From Phoronis australis (taxonomy: Eukaryota; Animalia; Phoronida): a stretch of 64,000 bases of DNA. A program made the translations under genes and the position numbers. This document shows, piece by piece, positions 1 through 13,193 of this stretch. The stretch is taken from positions 144,436 to 208,435 of the forward strand of contig NMRA01000031.1 in the NCBI GenBank assembly GCA_002633005.1, in the 5' to 3' direction. The notes beneath the pieces were generated by a model. The model saw nothing but the letters and a program-made list of their open reading frames with translations. It did no database searches and was not told the origin of the DNA. Each line of letters begins with the position of its first letter. Within the stretch, counting starts at the first letter, position 1.

Positions 1-605
1 CTAGTATGACCACACTAGATGTAACTAGATATTGGCTAAAGTGATTTTTTTCAATCACTGAAGTAAAAACTTTAAACTTGTTTAATATAAAAATACTGTT
101 AATAAAATTTGTCACAGAGGCAAGGGTTGTGGTATGCATAGATCCAAGTATTAACATCCCCAGGACTCACCCAGCAACCATTACGCCCCACTCAATACTA
201 CTCCAAAATATGTAAAGGTCAAATCATCAATACAAATGAAATAACACTTTCATCAGTCAGTGTTTCACTTGCAGTCCCCATAAGATCAGGGCAGCGTCCT
301 TACTGTTTTGCTATTGGGATGGAAAATGGTTCCAATCCACATCAAAGTTACCATCAATGAAGTGGAAATGCCTGACATCGTGGGAGGGTTGTGGTGAGGA
401 CGTCATGAAGTCCCCATTGCAAATGTTACAATTATCATAGCATCTTTGCCATGCATGGACTATGCACATGGAAACATAAAAATGCTTGTATTACGACTTT
501 CGAGACCACATCACATTCTCATCAGATCGTCAAACCATGGCATTTGTTTTGAACATGCTCAGAACAAACACTGTGATCATTGACTACGCAGACCATAGCA
601 CAAAT

Positions 606-715
606 GGCAATGGTTTGATATAACGCGCCCCAATTTTAAGAACCAGACTTCTCCACTAAATAACGAACATAAAACTGGTTCTCAAAATACCAGCACGTTG
701 TATCAGACTATTGCC
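606..715. mobile_element. Short foldback MITE (~110 bp)
   Basis: Imperfect palindrome GGCAAT...TTTT(A/G)AGAACCAG / CTGGTTCTCAAAAT...ATTGCC; second copy in reverse orientation at 46413-46521. Confidence 0.7.
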
Positions 716-1078
716 GTACAAATGACGAACGTTTCCACCACACTTATAGTGACCTCCACGTGCTTTGGGCCACTTTATGATATAGCACAGTGCAGGAAGG
801 GTGCCCATAGCTGCGAAATATAGCTATTATTTTTTTTGAAGGCTTATCAGAGGAGGTCAGAGGGCGTATTAAGTGCCACTTCGCTACAACTATGCTTTCT
901 ACGTTTTTGCGATTGTGAAAGGGGCTGGTGGCCTATTTGTATCGAATGTTATGTATGCTCACAGCAAATGTCCTGAAATATTTCCTTACAAGTTGTAAAG
1001 ACTGACTAAGTACATAATCATACAAATAGCTTAGCCCACCATACGCACTGGTTATAGATATCTCTTCTAAATGCTCAC

Positions 1079-1334
1079 CTAAGGCTCCTCCTGCGTCCCT
1101 TATGTCTCGTTCACTCTGTATGTCATGTGACCCGATAGAGATCTCCCGGATTCCCCAACGTTTGCTGAACACAAAACAGAAACTGTCACCTACGTTGACA
1201 GAACAGACAGCAAATTGCCTGGACTCCTTCATGGGCAGAACTAATGCCACGCAGAGGGTGGTAAGACCTCCCTCCTTTTCAATAATTTTCTGGTGGGCTG
1301 CGTCAAATGACTCACGAATGTATTGAATGGCATC
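1079..1334 (-). CDS. PP2C-like gene exon
   Basis: DAIQYIRESFDAAHQKIIEKEGGLTTLCVALVLPMK...NVGDSFCFVFS...DAGGAL(G); gacag| ... |gtgagc. Confidence 0.9.
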
Positions 1335-4300
1335 CTGTCAATGAAAACAGAGAATTAAAACCCCATGAAGTACCATCTTTGAAAACCATTGCTTATTTCA
1401 TGTTTTTGGGATTGGGCTTGTGATTATTTTTTCAAAATGGCTAGTTGGGACTCCAAATGACACATAACAAAACACGCATGCCATGGAGTACCACCCTTGT
1501 TTCAACAGAGGGTTCACCACTGCTAATTGGAGTTGATTAAGCTTCAAGGTTCCTCTTGATTTAATTAGTGTGACAGTTTAAGGTTACGCAGGACCCTAGA
1601 AACTAAAACATTCAATTTTGGCCAACTTCAGCACATCGTATCTAAGAAATGGCCGACCACATTCATATGAAACTTTCAGATACCATGACTTATAAACTGT
1701 TCTCCAAAACGCTGTTTGGAATTGTTTTTAAAATGTTCCACTTTTGCATGAAAGGTTATCAAAAATAGGATTTTTATGACTTTCATGAAAAAGCTTTCGC
1801 ATTGCAAAAACGAAAATGAACAGATGAACAGAGAACTGCTTCTGAGATCTTGCCTTGAACAATTATATCATACAAGATTTGATCACGTGATTGATACCAC
1901 TGTTTTGCCATCAATGTATCTCTTTTTACTAAATTTTACTAAAAAACATGGTCACATGACCTAAATAATAGAAAATGGTAAAAAGACAAAATTCTAATTT
2001 CATAGGCTTTCTGTTTTCAGAAAATATATTATACTTATACTGAGTTAAAATCTATAGTTTTACAGATAATTGGCTAAATACGCACACTTGTCAAAGTCCA
2101 CCATAACCTTAAGAAGGCTGAAAGTTCGTAAGTGGCACTCCCTTGAGCATGACCTTTGTTCTTGTAAACTGACACCAACTGTTTATACATTCCACACATT
2201 GATATATTTATTAATCTCCTTTCAAACCTATCGCTACCATTGGTTTTATCATTTGCTTCCAAGTTCATAATAACACATGCTCACCAAACCTGGGAAAACA
2301 GATGGAGTACATAAATATGCAAATACTACGTCGCTAGCAGACATCGTTTTCTCTTCTTGTCCTAACAAATTTAGATCGTTGGAGTATAGTTTCACAATAA
2401 CTCAACACTAACGCTTACAATTTTGTCTTAAGGTAGATTCTCAGGTCAGATCTTTGTAATGTGAAATGTAACAGTCATTTCAACAATGCTAGAAGCCTTA
2501 ATATGTATCATAAGCTCGAAACAAAAAGTAATACGATGGCGTAAATGCGTTGGACATGGATCTTCTACAGCAGAGGAGACCACACCACCATCTGCTATGA
2601 AAAAGTGGAATGTTTAAAGTGTACAGTAAAACCTCACAAACTTCTGAGAAAAAATTACCATAACCATCCCTTTTTGAATTTTGAATTAATAAAAGATTCT
2701 ATCATAGTGGCAAATGACAGAAACTTAAAATGTTACATGGATTTAACTGTGGGACAGAGTTTGATGCTACGGTAAAATTGGCATACATTGGATCCAATAG
2801 GACTGATCCATTTTATTTGAAAAAGATGAAATTCGATTTACCTCACGGGCAGAGTGAATAAACAACATCTGTACAGTGGAACTTTGTTCAGGGCAGACTA
2901 AAGATCCGAGATATGCACGTCTCGACTATGCAATTTTACTGTACCCATCTCTGAGTTCTAACAGTGAGTTTGTATCATATGGTAGGACGGTCACATACCC
3001 TAGTCGTCTCCAGCTGTCGTTTCTCTTGGAACAATTTCTTACTCAGATATGTCATCGCTCCGTAGACTGCACACCTGGCGGCTAGGCGAGACTTTTCACC
3101 CCAGTTAACACCATCCGCCACAATCAAGGTGGCACTATTACGGCGAGCACAAATAGCAAATGAGTCAGCAATGGGGTCACCTGGAATAAGACGGACATAG
3201 GAACAGAATGTAGAAGTGATGTATCTTTAGGACAATATATGTGCATACAAACATGTAGATGTGGTAAACTGCATAATTTGGAACAATCAAATCCGTAGAC
3301 GAAAGAAGCTCGTAAAGAAAGCTAGTGTAACCATCAGGGCTTGGAATGACCAATGACAAAAAATGCGGAAACTTTTACGGCCCAAATCATGCCCGCTAAC
3401 CAACCTTGAAATGGTCAATGTGAACCTTTCCTTCACAAAAATCAGGACTAAAAAAAAAAAAAACGTTACCACCATCAGTAGCATGCGTCTGCGTCCTTTT
3501 AGCTCGCCCGTCCACTCCCAACCCCACACATTTTTGGCTGCAGAGCGGTAGTGTTTGTCGCCGCGCTTAACAATAACACGAGACGCCATTGAAAATCCCA
3601 CCACGCTGTCCCAGGTGCCCCGGCAATGTTGACAACTTATGTTCCTCCGAAACATAAAGAGCAACTTCCGCTTTTCGAGGTGAACGTCGTCTGCAACGCC
3701 ACGGTAAGAAAGGAATTTGCCGCGGAAATTTTATATCAAATCCGATTTTTTTACGCGGAAATATTATAAAAAAAAGCGGACAGCACATTTGAAAAAAGCG
3801 GAAATCCGCGTTTCCGCGGAAAATTCCAAGCCCTGAACCATGTGCTTCGATTGTAATACATGGCAATTTATCATGAAATCTTTTGTGATCTTGCGTTCTC
3901 AGGAGATTGTCATGTCTACGAAACGCACGCTAGTTTGGGGTGATAAAACTTTTCAGGGAAAGAGTGAAATTTTCATGATTTTGAAACTCTGAGTTACCAA
4001 CTACTTTCATTTTTGGCACAAAACTTAGTCGTTTTTCCACAGCCTTATGCTATTTCGCTTTGATTAGAGGCTATGTTAATGATTAGACAACTTCGTCACT
4101 AGTCCGTGGGGCGTATTATTAAAGGTCATAAGTCCACTCTTAGCTAAGACAATTTGCACACAGTTCATTAACGTAGCTTGAGAAGGCAATTTTTCACAAA
4201 ATAGTCAGTTGCAGATTTTCACTCAAATATTACGTAGGCAGTCATGTTTACAATAGCATGTCTGAAATCATTTTAGCTATGGCAGGGTGTGCAGCCTAAC

Positions 4301-6128
4301 AGATCATAAACACCAGTTACGTCACCAGCGTTTTGCCTTTTCTGAATTAGAGGGCAAATATGCCAGTTTGAAGAGGTTTGATATTTAGACTGACATACAG
4401 ACGTCTTGCAACTGTATACAAAAGATTTATTTCACACGTCTGATCAGACAAGTGTTCACACAAAAAAACTGCTAAAGTCTTACCGGACATTTTGCCATTA
4501 ATAGGGTGCTGATCATAAAGCGAAAGGCAGATTCCATACGCTTTTCTGTTCTTACATGCCCAAGAGGTGGCGCCAGCAATCTCTGTATCTGATGATCGCG
4601 AGTCTGAGGAGAGAGCGAGAAATTACGACTGTTCCACAATAACCTGACACTAGAACATGACATCTCAACTTAAAATGGATTGAATTATGAAAATTTGTTT
4701 TCAAAGTGGGCGTATATTCCTAATGGCTGGTATGTAAGTTACAATACCTTCTTGCCATTACTCTCGGTTTAAAATCATCTCGCTCAAAGTACATCATTTG
4801 AAATTTTCCACTCGACAATTTCCAGAGTCTCAGCATAAGTATCAGCGCCTGATCAGGGTCTCGTTTTAACGTATAATGTAGCATAAACTATGTAATTTAT
4901 GGGCCTGCTCATGCTTATCCCAAGCCTGCTTCCATAAAATGATAAATTGAAAGATCAAATCACAGGTTTGCGTGAACACATGACAGTTCACACAGACGAC
5001 ATTCAAATAGACTCATAAGTTCATTAATTTACCACAAAATTACCTTTCGAATGCTCATAGGTTATTGCCCACACTAAACCCATTTAGGACAATGTGGTCG
5101 ACACATGAACTTTTACTTGTAGCACTTTTTGCATGAAACATGTGCAGCACCAAATTCAAAGCATTTCCATGATCAAGTTTTGTACCACAGCTACCAACAA
5201 ACAAAGTTACTGGCATTCAAAACAATTATAATATCAGAAGCCCTTGAAAATTTAAAAAGGTTAGTTTTGACAATTATTTACTTAGTCCCATTCTTACACC
5301 TTACCTGTTTAATTCATTTTATTGAGTTATAAATACTTTCAATATTCAGTATCATCACGTTTCTTAGTTAATTTTTGATCGTCTTCGTCAAATATTTATT
5401 TTCTAAATTCTCAACCTGTTTTGACTGTTTCTTTGTTACGTGTGTTTAACTATTGTTCAACTACTTCATAGTATTGCATTGCTGCTTTATTTTTTGTTGT
5501 TGAGGGCCCTCTTGGAAAGCAGTGCTGTCACTGAAAAGACCACCCTCATTTTAAATATTACAATAAATAACACTAAAAATTTTGTTTGAAAATTGGTGAT
5601 TTTACAGTATACGGTGATGAAGATGCAACCTTGCCGCTCGTGGAAAGAGAACCTCCGGAGTAACCAGGCGAACTAAGATGTATCTTAAATGGGAGAGTGC
5701 ATGTAGATTTGAACAAATGCCCATATGCTTGAGAGAAGTTGGTAGAATTGAAAACTGAGTCTTTACTTAGATGTTTTGTACAGTGAGCCATGTTTGACTA
5801 CACAGTTTCTGTACTTGTCTGAAAATTTAACCCCGTTACAATGATCTTGGTGACAAGTGTACTTAACATCTTGTTACTTGGTCAAACTAGAACACAACCA
5901 GGATTCTTATGAACAAAATAACCATAAATTGTATTTCTCCTCGGAGAATTACCTATGATAGTCTTGCCGGTCTCCGCAAAGACTAGCCCTGAGTCAGGCC
6001 CGGAGTAGGAGGCGAATATCTCTGGCGATAGCAGGTAGGAGGCAATCTGTTCACTCGGGACGTCCTCCGCTGTGCGGCCATTCCAGACGTCATTCTTGTA
6101 GATATGTCGTGGTGCAGCGGGCGTATCT
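1079..6128 (-). CDS. PP2C-like (PPM-fold) domain protein resembling Drosophila CG9801; internal exons, 3' end off the left edge
   Basis: Minus-strand exons 5953-6128, 4484-4603, 2999-3180, 1079-1334; GT-AG and phase-compatible. PP2C-type motifs LIVADGVNWG, GLTTL and NVGDS, plus motifs I recall from the CG9801 family (SYSGPDSGL, AYGICLSLYDQHP, DPIADSFA, SHD...RDIRDAGGALG). Family assignment is from memory, not from a search. Confidence 0.88.
1582..2108. mobile_element. TTAA-flanked non-autonomous DNA transposon (Kolobok/piggyBac-type)
   Basis: TTAA|GGTTAcGcaGGAC ... GTCCacCaTAACC|TTAA degenerate TIR; interior 1875-2000 is homologous to 41300-41430. Confidence 0.55.
2999..3180 (-). CDS. PP2C-like gene exon (not in ORF track)
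   Basis: DPIADSFAICARRNSATLIVADGVNWGEKSRLAARCAVYGAMTYLSKKLFQEKRQLETTR; tccag| ... |gtatgt. Confidence 0.9.
3335..3835. mobile_element. Non-autonomous hAT-like DNA transposon (MITE), 501 bp
   Basis: Perfect 13-bp TIR CAGGGCTTGGAAT / ATTCCAAGCCCTG; flanking direct repeat AACCAT (3329-3334, 3836-3841); CpG-rich interior with repeated GCGGAAA motifs. Confidence 0.88.
4484..4603 (-). CDS. PP2C-like gene exon
   Basis: SRSSDTEIAGATSWACKNRKAYGICLSLYDQHPINGKMS(G); strong polypyrimidine acceptor ctctctcctcag| and donor |gtaaga. Confidence 0.85.
5501..5570 (+). mobile_element. 3' end of a LINE/SINE (stem-loop plus AATA tail)
   Basis: gagggccctcttggaaagcagtgct.tcactgaa.ag....ccctcatttta...aataaataa; near-identical copy at 46952-47036. 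Confidence 0.7.
5953..6128 (-). CDS. PP2C-like gene exon
   Basis: DTPAAPRHIYKNDVWNGRTAEDVPSEQIASYLLSPEIFASYSGPDSGLVFAETGKTII; tgtag| ... |gtaatt. Confidence 0.78.
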
Positions 6129-8716
6129 CTACAACAAACACAGCTGATGTGTTTTAAAGTCATGCAGATGGGAAACATGTAAGACGATAACATCTTACCT
6201 GATAACCGTAGACAAATTATACAAAAATGGTGCCAGTCTCTACAAATACTTGTTATAATAAACACTGGAAATTTAGACCTTGAAAAAAATATTTTCCCCA
6301 CTTGGTTGTGTCTGTAATTTTACAAAGCAATACAATTATTCAGAAAATGTAAATGAAGTGAAATTATACAATAAGCCTTGTACGGATTCTAAAACAAAAA
6401 GATCTTACAGCCAAACCTGAGAACCTTTTATAATTTTCCAGTAGTGACATGTATATGAGAAACATTTTTACCTATGCAGTATTTTGCATGAAAGTGAAGC
6501 CTCTCTCTAATTACCTAGAGGGCAGGTGTTCTCATGTCTCACATGAAGAACTGTAAACGGAACTACACTGCCCTCTATCTGTCGAGGAAGAAACTTCAAT
6601 TAAGGTCAAACTGTCTGAAGCATACCTCAACACACCATAAAAAATCTTCCATTTTAGTCATAATTGTGAACTTAATGAGTAAGTAGTTATTAATCGCAAA
6701 GTATAGCATAATAAAACGACACTGGCAAAGAGTGATAACAAATACATTTCTGATTACAAAAACAGGCAAAAACAGTCATACAAGAAACAATTTAAATTTT
6801 CTTTGACATAGACAAAATTACTCTACTCATTAACAATGCCTAAAATGTTAATTTCAGGCCAATTGCAAAGCATACAGAAATAAGCACACTACAATTATGA
6901 AATTACAATTCAAATGAATGCCATAAAATAGTTAAGTTGGTCACAGATAATTTAAGAGCTGTAATGGCCTTGTCACACCAAACTCATTCTCAGAACATCA
7001 GCGACCCCTCTTGACAACTTGGTGAAACGGAATGAAGATGGGTGGAAATGACAAGCTTTGTTCAAAGTATGCATCGAGTATCACACAGCCCACGGCGTAC
7101 TTATTCATACACAAAGTTCATTTGGTTCGTTCATCTAGTTTTCTCATTCTTGAGACTGTACTAAGAACTGCTTCGGTGTGGCATGGCCTTCCAAACGTTT
7201 AATAACGATTCTAAGAGACTACAGTTTAGTGGCAATACAGTCGAAATTAAAGACATTTCTAAACTATGAACACATGTCCATGAAATAGTCAATAATTATG
7301 TTACTGAAATAAAAAAGGAAATTATTAAGAGAATCAAAATAAACATAATAAAAAGGGAGCACTACTATGAGATCTGTACGAAGCAAGATGGCAAACATAA
7401 TATTCACTGTTTGATGGCATGTCGCCAGAAAGCCATTACAAAGCACAGGATGTAACTGGCTTGTGCCACACGTCAGCAAAAGTCTGATAATTCAAAAAGA
7501 CCTCTGAGCATGACCTCGCATAGCACTTGATGACCTACGGGGAATATGCTTATCATTGCGGTAGTTGCCATAACAACAACTTCACTGGGCAAAAATGATT
7601 GATGTAACAACAGCGACACAATGAAGTTACTCAAAAGCTTTTTTCGTTTTCAATATTTCCAGCATTGCTGTCATCAGTGACAGTCCTGAGAATCTGTTCT
7701 GTGACTTAAATGTAACACAGTTGCACAGTTGTTTACATAGACTATAGAAAGTATGGGATTCTGCTCTGGACCTTATGGTGCAGGATTAGTACATTTTATC
7801 TGATATGTAGTCTTGGCTAATTTCATTGTCATTAGACAATAGACTGACCATTGGGTCCATTCAAAATGAGAGGTCTGCACCTTACCCCCCTCCATTGTAT
7901 GAATTAAGAACTAGATTTTGATGATGTACTTCCTGCTTGTCCATGACCATACAAATGCCTCCATGAGAAAGTCTCCCATTCAAGAAATACCACCTTTTTG
8001 TATATCCAAGGATTCCTGGACAGGTGATTTTAACCCAACAAGACTAAACGGGACAAGAAGAGATCCCGTGCTGTCAAAAATATGTACGGTATATGCAACA
8101 AAAGTTGCCAAAAATATAAAACCTCTTCTGTAGATTTATGAAGTTGGAAAAGGAAATCCAAATTGAACCTCTAGTATTATAGTCTACCGGCCCAGTCTGG
8201 TGCCTGAGTGAGATCCCGGATTAGGCTTCTGACAACTGACCACTTGCTTTCATTCAGTTTCAATGGGCCAGTTGTTGTCAGCCTAATTTGAACCAATGGA
8301 GACTTCGTTGACGATGCTGACACCTTTTTACAAACTGGTCGCTAGTTTTTTAAACCGGTCATGAAACCTTTGAACAGGTCGGGAGTATGGCCAAACCGGT
8401 CGCTGCGTCGCTGTGACATGTTAAAAGCGGCCATGGTAAACACAGCGAAGGAGACCTCTTTTGACGTGAAATTTGTCAGAAAAGACATCATTACACGGGC
8501 AAAGTGGTTTTGAAAGCCATTAATTTGAGTGCCATGTCTCCCATTGGAGTACCCAGTAGCAGGGTACCATATGGGTGGATAAAATCTCTGTTTTGCTGTG
8601 TAATTTATGTGCTGAAAATCTTTAGAAACAAAATTGTAAGTCTGTCATAAGAAGTCGGGGGAAAAACTCACTCAAGAGTTATGATCAAATCAATAATGAT
8701 CACAAAGCCCTTGCTA

Positions 8717-11700
8717 ACAGTTCACACTTACTAAAAATCAATGTGAATAAGAATATTGAAGTCATGTCAGACACAACATCTGGCCATATGACTACAAAGA
8801 CAACAGACCCACTGAGCTGTGCATGACTGGCTTCAATTAGTTGTGTGAAAATATCAAGGGGCAAAAAATCCCTGAAACAGCCATAATGTGAGTGACATTT
8901 CACAAACAGCAATATTTGCAGAGATTGGCAACTGAAAGCTACATTTTGCTCCCTTTACCAGGCCAAAAACAAAAATCAAATTACCTGTAGGTCATTTACC
9001 CTCAAGAAGTTGGTTTCATTACCATTACCGACTCAATTCACAGGCAATGAGTACTTGCGCCCATTTTGAATTCGCAGTTTTGCCGCTTTCCCACCAACGC
9101 CACAACTGTTTTTGCAGTTTCGGTAAGTGGGAAAGCCTTATTCCCAGACCTAAATAGCCTTCACAACTTCCCTCAAAATAGGTGGCCTAAACTGCAGAGT
9201 TCTGCAGCTCCACTGGGAGTAATCACTACAGGTTGCGACATGCAACACACTTATCCAATCGAAAGTGCGAATCAACAGCGCCATCTAGTGTTTAATCCTT
9301 AGCACTAGCGTTCACTCCAATGTCACTACCATCAAAGCGTTCGTGGGAAAGGTTAGGAAAGTTAGGATGGAATTGTGAGAGACCATCTGAAATTTCACTA
9401 ATGGGAAAGGAATATTTGGGGTCGGGGAACCCCAATAATTTATGAATCTTTTTCTTGAGACACCCACAGTACCCACAGTTTCTATGCTCTTATTCGTTAT
9501 GGAAATGGGAACATACCATGGTAAGGAATATGTTATGAAACCAAATTTAAATGAGAGTAAAATGCCCGATTTGATTTTCGATTGTCAGCCAGCTTAACAG
9601 GGTGGAATTCAGTTTTAATGTCGAAAATATGGCACTTGTAAAAGACTTTAAAATCCAAAGATAAATACAATCTACCACCATGTTGTACCATAAAACAATA
9701 AAAGGACAATTTGCCGAAAACATGGCTGAACGAATTATCCCTTTCCTGCGTCCTCAGAAATTGTGTCCGATTTTTATAGAGATTAGCTCCAGAGGATAAA
9801 ATTGAAATGGTCCCTCAGTCCCTTACTAAATTCTGACCTCCCTCAGCAAATCATTCTAACAATGACAAGTGCAGAAATCATTTGTTCACAAGTAGGTATA
9901 CAATGAACAACCATTACATACATTGTATCAACTCAACCAATTGAAGCTACACTGATGACTGGCCATGAATCATACATATTGATCTACACTCACAGACACT
10001 GCCATTAATCATCACATATCCACAATTAGCACCAGACAAAAAAATTGTCTAAAATTATGAATAAGCAAGTAAGGCTGTTCGTAATCAACATTCGCTACTT
10101 GCTTGGAAAATCATTTTACATGGGATTGGTTCTGTACACCTAAAAGATGACAAATGACAAGCTGGATTAGGAAGAACGTGTTCATTGGCTCCTTCAGACC
10201 ACCAGCATTTCCTTATGTCCACCATCCTGTATCAACAGGATTTCCCTAATTTTCAGTAGTTTGAAACCAAGGAACATCAGATGTGCATTTCGTGAGCAAT
10301 GTACAGAATTGTACCAAATAGGATATTTTCAAATTTTCTACAACTAATATTCATGTGTTCTGAAGTCTCCTTAACCCTAACTCCAACCCCCAACCCCAAC
10401 CCCAACCCTCATAAAGTACAATCCTGTGGCATCGCCACTTTAAGTAACTTATAAAACGAGATAGCTAATGATAAAAAATCTATACTGTTGAAATATTAAA
10501 TGAGTTAACTATCAATATTGAGAACTACAGTATATATTTATGTTGTATTGTAACTGAAACATAATGATAACCGCCACAAACATTTTTAACTTCGGCTAAT
10601 CTTTCTCAATTTTACGTTTCACTGATTCCGTCACAACCAGACACAAACCAGACATTTTACAGCTTTGTAAAGCCACATATCTCACAAAAACGCAAGTGCT
10701 ACAAAAAACATGTTTGGTGATTCAAAGAAAAACACGTTGATATTTTTTATGACTAACAATTCAGAGAAGTGACTTCACCAGGAGTAAACTGCAACTGTTC
10801 CGTTCCAGGTACAATGCACCAGCACTTTTTGATACTTCGCTCTTGGTATGGGTCATTTTCACTCATCAACAAGACTTGTTAAAGGATGTGCATATGACAG
10901 CAGCTTGTTCTCTTCTGGTAATTGACCACAAAATATGGCACACACCATGTACNACAGTTCACACTTACTAAAAATCAATGTGAATAAGAATATTGAAGTC
11001 ACATTAGACACAACATCTGGCCATATGACTACAAAGACAACAGACCCACTGAGCTGTGCATGACTGGCTTCAATTAGTTGTGTGAAAATATCAAGGGGCA
11101 AAAAATCCCTGAAACAGCCATAATGTGAGTGACATTTCACAAACAGCAATATTTGCAGAGATTGGCAACTGAAAGCTACAATTTGCTTCCTTTAGCAGGC
11201 CAAAAACAAAAATCAAATTACCTGTAGGTCATTTACCCTCAAGAAGGTGGTTTCATTACCATTACCGACTCAATTCACAGGCAATGAGTACTTGCGCCCA
11301 TTTTGAATTCGCAGTTTTGCCGCTTTCCCACCAACGCCACAACTGTTTTTGCAGTTTCGGTAAGTGGGAAAGCCTTATTCCCAGACCTAAATAGCCTTTA
11401 CAACTTCCCTCAAAATAGGTGGACTAAACTGCAGAGTTCTGCAGCTCCACTGGGAGTAATCACTACAGGTCGCGACTTGCAACACACTTATCCAATCGAA
11501 AGTGCGAATCAACAGCGCCATCTAGTGTTTAATCCTTAGAACTAGCGTTCACTCCAATGTCACTACCAGCAAAGCGTTCGTGGGAAAGGTTAGGAAAGTT
11601 AGGATGGAATTGTGAGAGACCGACTGAAATTTCACTAATGGGAAAGGAATATTTGGGGTTGGGGATCCCCAATAATTTATGAATCTTTTTCTTGAGACAG

Positions 11701-13193
11701 CCATAGTACCCATAGTTTCTATGCTCTTATTCGTTATGGAAATGGGAACATACCATGGTAAGGAATATGTTATGAGACCAAATTTAAATGAGAGTAAAAT
11801 GTCCGATTTGATTTTCGATTGTCAGCCAGCTTAACAAGGTGGAATTCAGTTTTAATGTCGAAAATATGGCACTTGTAAAAGACTTTAAAATCCAAAGATA
11901 AATACAATCTACCACCATGTTGTACCGTAAAACAATAAAAGGACAATTTGCCGAAAACGTGGCTGAACGAATTATCCCTTTCCTGCGTCCTCAGAAATTG
12001 TGTCCGATTTTTATAGAGATTAGCTCCAGAGGATAAAATTGAAATGGTCCCTCAGTCCATTACTAAATTCTGATGTCTAACCTCCCTCAGCAAATCATTC
12101 TAACAATGGCAAGTGCAGAAATCATTTGTTAACAAGTAGGTATACAATGAACAACCATTACATACATTGTATCAACTCAACCAATTGAAGCTACACTGAT
12201 GACTGGCCATGAATCATACATATTGATCTACACTCACAGACACTGCCATTAATCACCACATATCCGTAATTAGCACCCAACAGAAAAAATTGTCTAAAAT
12301 TATGAATAAGCAAGTAAGGCTGTTCGTAATCAACATTCGCTACTTGCTTGGAAAATCATTTTCCATGGGATTGGTTCTGTACACCTAAAAGATGACAAAT
12401 GACAAGCTGGATTAGGAAGAACATGTTCATTGGCTCCTTCAGACCACCAGCATTTCCTTGTGTCCATCATCCTGTATCAACAGGATTTCCTTAATTTTCA
12501 GTAGTTTGAAACCAAGGAACGTTAGATGTGCATTTCGCGAGCAATGTACAGAATTGTACCAAACAGGATATTTTCAAATTTTCTACAACTAATATTAATG
12601 TGTTCTGAAGTCTCCTTAACCCTAACTCTAACCCCCAACCCCAACCCTCATAAGGTACAATCCTGTGGGCCATCGCCACTTTAAGTAACTTATAAAACGA
12701 GATGGCTAATGATAAAAAATCTATACTGTTGAAATATTAAATGAGTTAACTATCAATATTGAGAACTACAGTATATATTTATGTTGTATTGTAACTGAAA
12801 CATAATGATAACCGCCACAAACATTTTTAACTTCGGCTAATCTTTCTCAATTTTACGTTTCACTGATTCCGTCACAACCAGACACAAACCAGACATTTTA
12901 CAGCTTTGTAAAGCCACATATCTCACAAAAACGCAAGTGCTACAAAAAACATGTTTGGTGATTCAAAGAAAAACACGTTGATATTTTTTATGACTAACAA
13001 TTCAGAGAAGTGACTTCACCAGGAGTAAACTGCAACTGTTCCGTTCCAGGTACAATGCACCAGCACTTTTTGATACTTCGCTCTTGGTATGGGTCATTTT
13101 CACTCATCAACAAGACTTGTTAAAGGATGTGCATATGACAGCAGCTTGTTCTCTTCTGGTAATTGACCACAAAATATGGCACACACCATGTAC
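8717..13193 (+). repeat. ~2.24-kb tandem duplication (8717-10952 / 10954-13193) joined by a single N
   Basis: Copies are collinear with scattered substitutions and small indels; junction is exactly N10953. Confidence 0.95.

Noticed and set aside
5620-5675. Possible small extra exon of the PP2C-like gene
   Set aside because: I found no strong acceptor/donor pair that keeps phase 1 to phase 1, and the flanking exons already join in frame.
9276-9291. CTCF-like motif CAGCGCCATCTAGTG (similar at ~48917 and ~39953)
   Set aside because: Such motifs are common in repeats, and binding cannot be supported from sequence alone.
10372-10410. Telomere-like TAACCC/CAACCC run (also at ~12616-12650)
   Set aside because: Short and degenerate; better explained as a simple repeat within an interspersed element than as an interstitial telomere.
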